A stretch of 64,000 bases of DNA from positions 60,326,001 to 60,390,000 of the forward strand of contig NC_043000.1 of the NCBI RefSeq assembly GCF_006345805.1, written 5' to 3'. The translations under genes and the position numbers were made by a program. This document shows positions 52,850-64,000 of this stretch, one piece after another. How positions within the stretch are numbered: position 1 is the stretch's first letter; every line of letters begins with the position of its first letter. Under the pieces are notes generated by a model. The model was not told the origin of the DNA. It saw nothing but the letters and a program-made list of their open reading frames with translations, and did not search any database. Source of the DNA: Octopus sinensis (taxonomy: Eukaryota).

Positions 52850-53059
52850 GAGGGAGGGGGAGAAAGAAAGGGGAGAAGAGGAGGTGGAAGGAGGAGAAGG
52901 AAGTAGAGGAGAAGAGACCCCTTGGATACTTACCATTGGCTGCACCTCTCTTTCACGGATCAAAATGACTTTGTTATTGATGTGAAAAATATACCACGAC
53001 GTCTATACATTTCTAACCTTGAACTCTCAACCTTGAACTTGTTCGCATAAACTGTCCCG

Positions 53060-56000
53060 TTCGTTTTATTTTTATTTTCTTATATATTATCCCTTTTTTT
53101 TACATTCATTTCATACTTTCCACATTTTCCTGCAGTTTTGTCCTCCTTTCCGTTGTTTCTTCCTTCTCTGGATGTCCATACTCTGTTTCCTCTGCCTGCA
53201 CCCCCTTTTTTTGCCTCCCCCTCTCTCTGCTTCCCTTCTTTCTTAACTTTTTCCATTTGCCCCATCTTCTCCGCCTGCTCTCCACTCAGATTCTTCCATC
53301 TTACCCATATTCCGCACCACATCTTACCGCCTTATGCGGGCCACCATTCGCTCCAATTTCTCTAAACTACATACCATCAACCGCCTTCTTCCTCCTGCTT
53401 TCCTCACGTTTTTCTCCTCTCTGCCGCCTTTCTATGCTCCAAACACGCTATGCTTCATTATCCATTTGAATCACCTCTTCCATCAATTTCTTTCCGATAC
53501 CAAACTTCGTAAACTCCAATCACTCCTCAATTCCACCACACCCGACGCCACCACCCCAACTCCTCCACTACCCTTCTCCCCTCCCGATTGGCTCCATCCA
53601 CCCACACCTAACCCCACTGCCCCTCCCAACAACCCCTTCTCCCCTCCCGATAGGCTCCATCCACCTACACCTAACCCTACTGCCCCTCCCAACAACCCCC
53701 ACACACCTCCCCAATCCCTCCCCCTCAGACCTCCACGAGCCCTACCACCCCTCCTACTTCTATTCCACCCACCCCTTCACTTCCGTCTGTTGTTACCATT
53801 CCCCCCGATCTTCCCCTCTCTGCGGCGGAACGCTCCGTCCTTAGTAGGGGTCAGCGTTTCATCCTCCTCACTCCATCCTGTAAGGAATTCCAGACGCGAG
53901 TTGATGTCCACAGCTTTGTGCGCCGCATCCGGTTGAAGGCGCATTTCCGCGACTCACCACCCGCATCCAACGAAGAGGACTGCTTCACTGACCTGGGCCA
54001 CCGACCATCCCCGTGGACGCCTGCCCCCGGCCAGTTCCCAGCAGTGGATCTTTTCGCGGGTGCTTGTCAGTGTGCATTGGAGCGGTTCAACTTCTCCAGG
54101 CGCCAACGCCGCCTCAACATCTCCCCGGCCGAGCTCTCGGCTCTTCGTTCCCTCCAACGGCGCGCTGACATTATCATCAGAGAGGCTGACAAGGGTGGAG
54201 CTGTAGTGGTGTGGCGCGCGGACCTCTACAGGGCCGAGGCTCTCCGCCAACTCAATGACACCTCCTTCTACTCCCCTCTGTCCTCTAACCCCACACGTAG
54301 CTACCAACAGACAGTATCCTCTACTGTCCACGACCTCATCTCGTCCTCCCATCTCCCCCACACTGCATCCAACCTAATTGTGCGAACCCCACGTCCCCCC
54401 ACCATTTACTTCCTCCCCAAAATCCACAAACCCAACAACCCTGGCCGCCCCATCGTCTCCGCCTGTAACTGCCCCACGGAGCTCATCTCTAAATACCTCG
54501 ACCGTGTCCTTGCCCCCCTAGTGGCGTCTCTTCCCTCCCACATCCACGATACCAACCATGCTCTCCGGCTTTTCAACTCTTTCTCCTTTCCTCCCGGCTC
54601 CTCCAAAATCCTTTTTACTATGGACATTCAGAGCCTCTATACCGTTATCCCTCACCACGAAGGACTGCAGGCACTTCAACACTTTCTCGACCTCCGCTCC
54701 AACCCTGAACCTGACACCTCCACACTCATTCGTCTGGCCGAACTTGTCCTTACTCTTAACTGTTTCTCGTTCACGGGCGAGTTCTACCATCAGGTCTCAG
54801 GAGTGGCCATGGGAACGCGAATGGGCCCCAACTATGCGAACCTGTTCGTTGGCTATGTTGAGGCCTAAATATTCTCTAATTTCACTGGTCCCACTCCTGA
54901 ACAATACGGTCGTTACATTGACGACATTATCGGTGCCACCTCACTCTCCCTGAACATCTAGATTCCTTCCTCTCTTTCGTTCAATCTTTCCATCCAGCCC
55001 TCCACTTCACTTCCACTATCTCCAACACCTCTGTCTCCTTCCTCGACATTTCGGTTAGCATTCTTCACTCCACTCTAACCACCTCCATTCACTACAAACA
55101 CACAGACTCACACTCATACCTCAACTTCTTTCCTCCCACCCAGAACACACCAAGCTTTCCATCCCCTATTCCCAATTCCTCCATCTACGTAGGCTCTGTA
55201 GTGACGACCATGACTTTGAGACTCAGTCTCAACGTATGGCTCACGACTTCATCCTACGTGGATACCCCCTCACCACTATCCACACCGCCCTTGCCAGAGC
55301 ACGTTCCGTGGACCGTGTATCTGCTCTCTCTCCCCGAACCCGCCCTGTAGTCTCCCGCTTCCCTTTTCCCCTCACTTACCACCCCACGACCCTACCTCTC
55401 CAACGCACCATTCTTCGAGCTTTCCGTCATCTCCAGTCTGACCCGTCCACTTCACACCTCTTTCCTAACCGACCCCTCCCCTCTTTCAAACGAGCCCATA
55501 ACCTTTGAGACCTTTTGGTCCATAGCTCCTTCCCTGACCCTACCTGGCTCGTTCCCCTGCTCCCGCCCACGTTGCCGCACTAGCCCTTACCTCTCCAACA
55601 CCACCCTCCTCACTGGCACCCATCATCGACCCTATCGCATCATCAACTCCTTCACCTGCACCTCCAGCAATATTATCTATTGCGTCTCTTGCTCTCTCTC
55701 TGCCATTCCCTGTACATCGGACAAACGGGACGCCACTTGGCTGACCGGTTCGCGGAACACCTCCGTGACATCCGCCTTGCGAACAACACACCGGTCTCAC
55801 GCCATTTCCGCTCCACCGGTCACTCCTTGCAACACCTGTCTGTGTTCGGTTTGTCCTTGCACAGAGGCCATCCGGATTCCCGTTTGCACCGTGAACAGGA
55901 ATTAATCTTCTCTCTTCGCTCTTATACGCCATTTGGTCTCAACTCTCCCCCCCTCCTCATCTAATCCCCTCTCCCCCTCCTCATCTAACCTCCCCCCCGA

Positions 56001-56700
56001 CCCCTACTTCTCTTCAGTCCTTCATCCTTTCACCCCTACTCCTCTTCCCTTCTTCCCTCTTTCTCCCTCCCTCCTTCTTCCCTCTTTCTCTCTGCCCCTC
56101 ACTCTCCTTCTCTCTCTCTCCCCCTCTCCCTCTATCCTCTTCTCCTCTCCTTCTCCCCCTTCTCTCCCCTCCTCTTCTTCTCTCCTTCCTTCTCCCCCCT
56201 CACCCTCACTTCTCCCCTTACCTCCCCCTCTTCCCTCATCTCCTCTCTCTACACTACACCATACGACTTTACACATCACATCATATATACATACACACGT
56301 CCAGACCTCTCATACGCACTAATACTCTCTCATACACACACACACTTCTCATACACACACACACACTCTTATGCTGGAGCGAGGTCATTTAACCCTATTA
56401 TCTCCCCTAATTTCGCTCTTGCGTCTCACGTTTGATCTTTGACTTCTGGCCGAAATCAGATCGCCATGTTGATTCGCTAGCCTCTGCACACATTTTTTTC
56501 TCTCCTTCTTTCTGTGTTTCTTCTCTGTGTATCTTTCTGTTGAAGAGTGTAGGCTCGAAACATTAAAGACTTGTTTTATTTATATTTCCTGAGCGCCATA
56601 CTAATACAATTGTTTGTTTGTATTCCACCTGCCTTCGTCTTTTGTTTATTTCCGTAAACCTGCCTTCGTCTTTTGTCTATTTTCATAAAGCTTCCCGTTA
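53060..56700 (+). mobile_element. Penelope-like retroelement (Neptune/Nematis-like), RT + GIY-YIG, disabled
   Basis: RT motifs FLPKIHKPNNPGRPIVS, DIQSLYT, GVAMG and RYIDD (54911-54925); CSRPRC linker; IIYC..C..CHSLYIGQT GIY-YIG; ends FGLN at about 55935-55945; about 5 frameshifts and 2 stops (54866-54868, 55506-55508); CT-rich tract and family tail follow. Confidence 0.93.
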
Positions 56701-56805
56701 TATATATATATATAAAATATTATTTGAGACAAAACCACTATTTTGCAAAACAAACAAGGAAAGACTTAATCAATACATAAAATTTAATAAATAGTCAAAA
56801 AACCG

Positions 56806-56848
56806 CCACTACAATCGTTTCTTGTCTTGATCGACAATCTTCAGGTGG
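56806..56848 (-). ncRNA. Minimal hammerhead ribozyme motif (mirror copy)
   Basis: Reverse complement of 56875-56917. Confidence 0.75.
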
Positions 56849-56874
56849 ACTTCCATAACTGAATTATTGGAAGT

Positions 56875-56917
56875 CCACCTGAAGATTGTCGATCAAGACA
56901 AGAAACGATTGTAGTGG
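56875..56917 (+). ncRNA. Minimal type I hammerhead ribozyme motif
   Basis: CCAC-CTGAAGA-TTGTC-GATCAA-GACAA-GAAAC-GATT-GTA-GTGG: helix I CCAC/GTGG, 5-bp helix II, GUA cleavage triplet (after 56913). Confidence 0.78.
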
Positions 56918-58766
56918 CGGTTTTTTTGACTATTTATTAAATTTTATGTATTGATTAAGTCTTTCCTTGTTTGTTTTGCAAAATAGTGGTTTTGTCTCAA
57001 ATAATATTTTATAATATTTTACTATAAAATTGGATTTAATCCTAAATCTGATTTTTTTTCCCTGTAAATTTGGATATATTCCCTAATATTATATTATTAT
57101 ATATATATATATATAATATATATATATATATGTACATATATATATGTATTTATACGTACATATATATATCTATATATATATATATGTACATATATATATG
57201 AAGGTATTTAAAAGTTCTAACAAAATGCAGGCAAGTACCTTTCCAACCACAGATAGTGTAGCTTGCACTGCACTACCCCCACCTATTGGCCCAAGAAGAC
57301 TTTCGCCGGTGTGACATGAAAATTGACAAAAGCAAGAACTTACAAGGCCTCAGGTTTTATTTCAGAGATTTCCTTCTCCTAGGTAGGTTACCAACCAAGG
57401 TTAAAGAGCTTCAACCTGCCCATGAGGTAAGCTATTCCATTCCAGACACCAAACTAACACTCAAACATTCTATAAAGTGATCAAATATCACTATTTCAGC
57501 TATGGTCATCCCACAGTATCAAATTAATTGTGGAACTTGAGGCAGTTCTGTGATGCTGACAACAGATATTGAACCAGAAACACTTATCCATAAATGCTCT
57601 CTTATCTCTAGACAATAATCTTGACTTTTTCCTTCATGGCATTTTGGAGAAATTCTTGATTCTTAAGATTATCTTCCTTTCTTAAATGGAGCTGGTCTCA
57701 ATCGCCATTTTATAATTATGACACATCCTCTAACAGTGAAGATAATTTTGATAAATCAAGAATTTATGTTATTTGAATGAATCTAACATACTAGCTTTTG
57801 TCTATGCTATTCAAATATATGCTTTTGGCTAATTCTGAGTTATTTCTCAGATATAAATATATATATACTCTACATGCATTTTATTTTATAATATGCACTA
57901 TATATTATCAAAGCACAACTGCATACATTTACAAAATATATCCTTACAATAACAACACAAATTATTAAAATTCACATTTTGCATAAGTTTTGTTTTTCAT
58001 GGAGGGTAACTTGAGTGCTGATATTTTGAGCCAAACTTTGTGGAAGAGAAAACAATTCAAATGTATTTCTATATATATATTATTTTTCGCTTTTTTCTAT
58101 CAATATTCTTGTCTCTCCAATGCATACAACCTAAACCAAAATTAATAAATAACTGTTGTCAATGCAGACCACCATTTTTTTTAAAGATTCTGGTTTTTAT
58201 TTGATGAATTATTAAGATATTTCTGCAGCTTAATTGATGTGTATAAACAACTAGGAAACTACTAGCATAAATGTCATATTTTGCCTCATGACTCAGAATT
58301 TATTGCAAGATGCTCTTTTATCAGTTAGGTACATCAGCAAATTATTTAAACATTTACATCATCATTATTATTTTAACATCTACTTTTTTTATACAAACAG
58401 TGAAAAGTGGATGTTAGAGCAGAATTTTCTAAGTCTGGATGCCCTTCCTGTCACCAACAGTCAACTATTTCCATGCAAGGTATTAATCCCAAATCTGTTG
58501 AATGAAGAGCTCAGACATGGTTACACACAAAACTACAAGCAAATAACACTATTTGAATAAGATTTTGTTTACGAAAAGATCACATATGTCAAGATATGTT
58601 AGGAAAACCTGGACATACAGTTGTGGAATACTGCATACAAATGTTACCACTGTCTGTATGAAAATTGAGATCTTTGTTTATGGTTAGTGAACACAGGAAA
58701 TTAAGCAGAAATATGAACACTCACAATCACACACATACATACACTTACACAAACACACACATATAT

Positions 58767-58840
<74 letters not shown>

Positions 58841-59574
58841 GTTTCCAGTTTCTGACTACCTATTTCACTCATGAGTTATTAGTCAACCTATAATTATAGT
58901 AAAAGGAACTAACCAACAATGTCAAAGGAATGGGACTGAATCCCTGACTACATTGTTTCAGCATAAACTTCTTATTCACACAGCAATGGCATGGCACCTA
59001 TAGCCATGTTTGGGCAATAAAAGAAAATGTACAGTGACTAAAGGATTAAAGTACTTAGTTCCTATCATAATGAGCAGGGTTATAATTTTAAGAATTTAGA
59101 TTTTAAGGTAAATAACATTAGAGATTATAAAAAGAAATTTAAAACAGAAAAGAGAAATAGTGGATTTCAAATTTATGTTTATAATGTTTAATATTATAAA
59201 GAGTAGAAGGCATCAAGCTGGTAGAATCATTATTGCATTGGACAAAATGCTTAGCAGCATTTTTTCTGGCTTTACATTCTGAGTTCAAATGCTGCCAAAG
59301 TTGACTTTTCATCCTTTTGAGGTTGATAAAATAAGTACTAGCTGAACACTGGGATTGATGTAATTGGTTAGCATCCTCTCCCAAATTTTCAGGCCTTACA
59401 CTAACCCTAGCCCTAAAGGGCAGAGAATAAATATTTGCTCAAATCAATATAGATGAAAATTAGATAGTTTAACAGTTGATTAGTTTATGTTAGGATATAG
59501 CAAAATAGTAAAATTTTCAGAAGCATCCATACTATAATTTTTATATTGATTTTTAACAAACTAGCAACATATAC

Positions 59575-59975
59575 TCATCATCATCATCACCATCACGTTT
59601 AACGTCTGTTTTCCATGCTAGCATGGGTTGGATGGTTCAACCAGGGTCTGGGAAGCCAGGAGGCTGTGCCAGGCTTCAGTCTGATCTAGCAGTGTTTCTA
59701 CAGCTGGATGCTCTTCCTAACACCAACCAGTGTAGTGGGTGCTTTTTACATGCCACCGACACAGGGGCCAGATGAGGCTGGAAAACAGCTGCAATTGGTT
59801 GGTGCTTTTTATGTGTCACCGACACAGACACCAGTCAGGTGACGCGGGCATCAACCACGTTTGGATGGTGCTTTTCACATACCATCGGCACGGGTATCTT
59901 AACTACAATTTCCATTTGATTTTGATTTTGATGTTGGTGTTGATGTACTTGACTCAATAGGTTTCCTCAAGCACA
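59575..59975 (-). mobile_element. SINE family B
   Basis: (CAT)n then TTTAACGTCTGTTTTCCATGCTAGCATGGGTTGG; homologous to 1255-1585 and 30225-30420. Confidence 0.8.
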
Positions 59976-61339
59976 GCAGATGTAAATAAAAACTAATAAA
60001 CAAGGAAATGATGTCCCCTTTATGTACAGGCAGTAAATTAATAAAGATTAGGTAGCACTATTTTAGTTAATAAAAATAGTGATACTAAGATTTGAAATGA
60101 TTGAACAAATCATGCATGTAATTTATCTGTCTCTCTTATTGCAGAAAATATCAATGTATTCCTAAATATAGATAACTAAAAAGAATTGTAAATGTTAATA
60201 TCGATTGTAATTAGATTATCCAATCACAATGAAGAATCACTGCAAACCAGTAAATTTTATATCAACTTTATAATTTTTTATTTCCTCCAGCGAATATTTT
60301 AAGTCATGAAATTTATAATTTAAAGATTTTCCCGCAAAACCTTATGTAGTAAAATTTAAGTCATCATACCAAAACAAAAATAATTTTTGTAATCAATTCA
60401 AACTAAAATTTATAAACACTCTTTGTTTTCTAGTTTTGACTATTTTATGTTCAAAGCTTCAGTGAACATTTTAATAATTTTCAAGTAAGATCTAAGAGAA
60501 CTGAATACCTTTAAAATTCTAGTGAAATATATTGTGTGATAAATAAACACTGTTCTATGTTTAAATTATTATTATTAAATTTGTTTTTGTTGTAGGCAAT
60601 TCATTCAAAATGGATCAAATAGAAGCTTTTATAATGAAAGCAATTTCTGAAAGATGGATTCTTCCATGGTCAACTAGAATTTACAACTCTAAAGAGAAAA
60701 TAAAAAGAGTAGGAGGGAGGAGGATTCAAATAAAATGAAAGGGGGAAAGAAAACCATTACCAGTTATTATGTAAGAGGCAATATTAGATGTCAAACTGTT
60801 GCTATGATAAATTCTGTTAATATTAATAAGAAAAATAAATACAACTAAATGAACATATGCGTCTAAATGATAGACCTTCAGTTGCAGAAGATAGTTGTTT
60901 TATTTCATTACAGACAATTCATTTTTATGTCTTTCAAATTGTATTTTGAAATGTTTTGTTATTTCATATAAATTATGAATTTTACACTATGCAAGTGAAA
61001 ACAAATCAAATTAATATGTTTTATATTTAAATTATGCTTTTTAAAGCTGACATTTTTATGAAATTGTTATAGATTAATTAAATTCTTGATCTGAAACATT
61101 TAACAATATTATAAGGTACTTAACTATGTAAAATATTCTTAGTTTTACATTAAAGCCAAAACAGAGAAGTATTTATGATTTTACATAAGCTATGTAAAAT
61201 GATCATTGGTATCGCAAACACTATTATAACTCTAAAACTAAAAGATGATAATCTCAGCTATTAAGTTTTCAATAAGTAATTTTCTAACAAGCTTTGTTTT
61301 AAGAGCTATGGCCATTTATGTATATATTTAGTTATATAC

Positions 61340-61660
61340 CTTGAAGCCAACTGAAGTGGAGTGGATGGAGTTTCTATATCCTTGCCTTCACCAGCAATTC
61401 ACTCAACAATTAACATTGTCAGCTCCTCATTAGATAAACTTTTTCTCAGATTTATTAGTTACTCAACCACATTGTTTTCTATGGCTTATTGAAACTGTCT
61501 CATTTGTGAGTGTCACAATATCTTGCAGAACATCATGTAGACCTTCTGCTGGAGGAAAATACTTTGTCTTGAATGCCATCTTACTGTTTTCCCAAACGTC
61601 ATTCATAACTGAGAGTTTCACTTCTCATGACTGGGTTAAGTTACCAACTGCCCAAAATCA
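61340..61660 (-). mobile_element. Tigger/pogo transposase C-terminal remnant
   Basis: Minus frame WAVGNLTQS*EVKLSVMNDVW..FPPAEGLHDVLQDIVTLTNE..SLSNEELTML resembles the Tigger C-terminus (W.EV..STMNGVW..EIV.LA..EELSNEEL) as recalled. Confidence 0.6.
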
Positions 61661-62359
61661 CTACAATCCAATAACTGAAACCATTAAAAATATACAATAC
61701 AATTTCTAAATTTGCTAATATATTTTCTATCAATTCATATGTTGTAACTAAGCCCCTCATTGCCACAATTTTTTATCTCATTCCAGCTGGGGTATCCTCC
61801 TATCTCCTCTACAGCACACTTGTTCCTGTCCCTCTATCATACTTTTGCCTCTTGATACCTAGCATAAGGCTACTGCCTTCAATACAACACCCACCACTTA
61901 GTCTTGTCTTGCAGGTTACTTGGTGACTTCATTAGTATGAGTGCCATGGAAAAAAGTACCCAATACACTTTGTAAAATGGTTGGCTTTAGGAAAGGCATC
62001 AAGCTATAAAAACCATGTCAAAGCAGTCATTAGAACTCAATGCAGTCCTTTAGCTCATCAGATCCTGTCCAACTCATGCCAGCAAATATTGGTGACGACC
62101 TATTGTGTATACTTTAAAAAATTGTCATTTTTTCCATAGAAGTGGGGTAAGTGATATTTTTTTCTTCTTCTGAATGATTCCATCAGAAGAATATCTCAAT
62201 TTATAACATGAAAGTCAATGGTAAAGTAGGTTTCAGTAAGATTTTCAGAAACATGGAATTCAATAAGCAGAATGTCTGTATTTGTCATATTAAAAGATAA
62301 AACTAATTTCAGTTATGCACTCCCAATATCTGAGCCAGTCATTTGATAACTTGCATGAC

Positions 62360-62690
62360 AGTGTCGTTAAGAATCTTGCTTTTCAACTATGTGGTTTTGG
62401 GTTCAGTCTATCTGCATGAAACTTTGAGCAAGTGTCTTCTACTGTAGCACTGGGTCAACCAAAGCCTTATGAGTGAATTTGATAGATGGAAACTGAAAGA
62501 ATTCTAATGCACCACTTGACAAGCAGTGTTGGTTTTGTTTACATTCCTGCAACTTAGCAGTTTGGTAAAAGAGACCAATAGATTAAGTACCAGGCTAAAT
62601 AAGTATGAAGGCCAATTTGTTCAGCTAAATCCTTCAAGGTGATGCCCCAGCATGGCCACAATCCAATGCCTGAAACAAGTAAAATATAAA
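62360..62690 (+). mobile_element. SINE family A
   Basis: Head ..GGGTTCAGTC..AAGTGTCTTCTACTGTAGC; tail GCCTGAAACAAGTAAAATATAAAGG. Confidence 0.8.
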
Positions 62691-63244
62691 GGTAAAAGAA
62701 GATATGCCCTTTATATCTTTTGCTCCTATGGAGGAAAAACAAAAAAGCATATTTATTTTTGCTAACGCTGCCAAAATGAAATCATTAGTATCAGCAATGA
62801 AAATTGCAAAATGACGTTTGAGGAAATTTGCTTTTAATACTAAAACAAACAAAGAAGCATTTGTCTGAAACTAATGATTCAGTGAATAATATTTATAGTG
62901 TTAACACACTTGCCTTAAAGCATATTTCTAATGAAACAAAGAGTAGTTTAAATGTTAACATTTGCAAACAATATGGATCAATATTTCCAATTTTAATTGT
63001 TTTCAAAAGGAATAAAATTCCACTTAGGAAAACCTAGTTTTGGAAAATTTTACAGAAACTGAAATGCATATATATTCTTATCTGAACATATCCCAAATGT
63101 CTTTAATGTCGACCAGCAAACAAAACATAGCCATTCCAGCCATAATGAATAGTCAATCTATTAATAACTAAACTCCATTTCCTGTTTCTGCTCAAATGAC
63201 TTCATATACGCACACATATATATGTATTACTCCTTGTACTTCAA

Positions 63245-63247
<3 letters not shown>

Positions 63248-63322
<75 letters not shown>

Positions 63323-63410
63323 GTATATGTATATGTATGTATATATGTATGTACGTACGTACGTATGTACGTATGTATGTATGTACGTACGTATGTATGG
63401 ATGTATGTAT
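63248..63410. repeat. (TA)n/(TATG)n/(TACG)n compound microsatellite
   Basis: Read directly; other long (TA)n tracts near 14928, 17857, 18447, 30720, 42115 and 46087. Confidence 0.95.
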
Positions 63411-63545
63411 ATGGCTTGAAGTACAAGAAGTTTACCATGTGTATGGAATTCCACTGAAGACCATACTATTAAAATAACTGCGTGCAGTGAAAGTAATTTC
63501 AGATTCCAATATCTTCATGGTTCTGTGTCAGTTGTTGTTCTCTCT

Positions 63546-63600
<55 letters not shown>

Positions 63601-64000
63601 TTGTAATACGCTCCATTCCCAACAAATAACAAAGATCTAGCGATTCAGACAACCTAATGGCAACAAAATTGCTGTCTGGTAGATTGTTTGTACAATTTTT
63701 ATGTTAGCAGCACCTACTAAAAGCCTTATATTGTAATTGCTCTCTCTCTTACTGCAGGATTCTTGCATGGGAAAAATCATTAAAATCAAATGTGAGGCAA
63801 GAATGGTAACAATGCCATTTCCTGCAAAATTCTAAACCATCAAAATATCACATTAAAAACTTTTAATTAATAATTTGTTTAAAGTATATTTTCTAATTCA
63901 AAATATATTCAAAAGTGAATAAAACTATACAAATGCAACTAAAATGGTTTTCCTACACATTATTCAGCAGATTCAGACATGACTCTGTGTTTAAGTTCAC

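Larger units (their letters stand above)
56711..57013. repeat. Near-perfect palindrome, arms of about 145 bp, 12-nt spacer
   Basis: 56711-56855 is the reverse complement of 56868-57013 apart from one extra T in a homopolymer; spacer TAACTGAATTAT. Confidence 0.95.

Noticed and set aside
52926-52934. ATACTTACC, identical to the 5' end of U1 snRNA
   Set aside because: No U1 body follows; it is simply the reverse complement of a splice donor.
61340-61660. About 100-codon minus frame interrupted only by TGA, suggesting selenocysteine or an alternative genetic code
   Set aside because: The translation resembles a Tigger transposase C-terminus, so decay of TGG/CGA-type codons explains the stops; no SECIS was recognised.
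1622-63454. Many ORF-track entries rich in YI, HT, FL/SF, KE or SL repeats
   Set aside because: These are translations of microsatellites, or antisense/alternative frames of LINE, SINE and Penelope sequence.
63445-63506. CTGAAGA..GAAAG hammerhead-like spacing
   Set aside because: Neither helix I nor helix II pairs adjacent to the core; at best a heavily decayed remnant.

Overview
AT-rich, repeat-dominated eukaryotic DNA. The SINE families, the (TA)n/(CA)n/(ATG)n density and the LINE types look like an octopus/coleoid cephalopod genome; this is from recall, not a database check. I could not identify a host protein-coding gene. The window reads as a very large intron or an intergenic region filled with mobile elements: a young but disabled Penelope-like element (RT + GIY-YIG, about 53.1-56.7 kb), two Tc1 DD34E transposons, a DD37D remnant, pogo/Tc2 and Tigger remnants, several RTE and CR1-group LINE fragments, two non-autonomous Helitron-type elements, a clean solo LTR inside a SINE, MITEs and many SINEs. 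The most interesting signals are RNA-structural. There are four minimal hammerhead ribozyme motifs at 49.1-56.9 kb, two of them back-to-back on opposite strands of a near-perfect palindrome of about 300 bp. There is also a repeated hammerhead-like fold with a non-canonical core in Penelope tails, a PHD finger inserted inside the RT domain of two RTE LINE families, and several fold-back palindromes next to (TA)n tracts. Boundaries of old degenerate elements are approximate.
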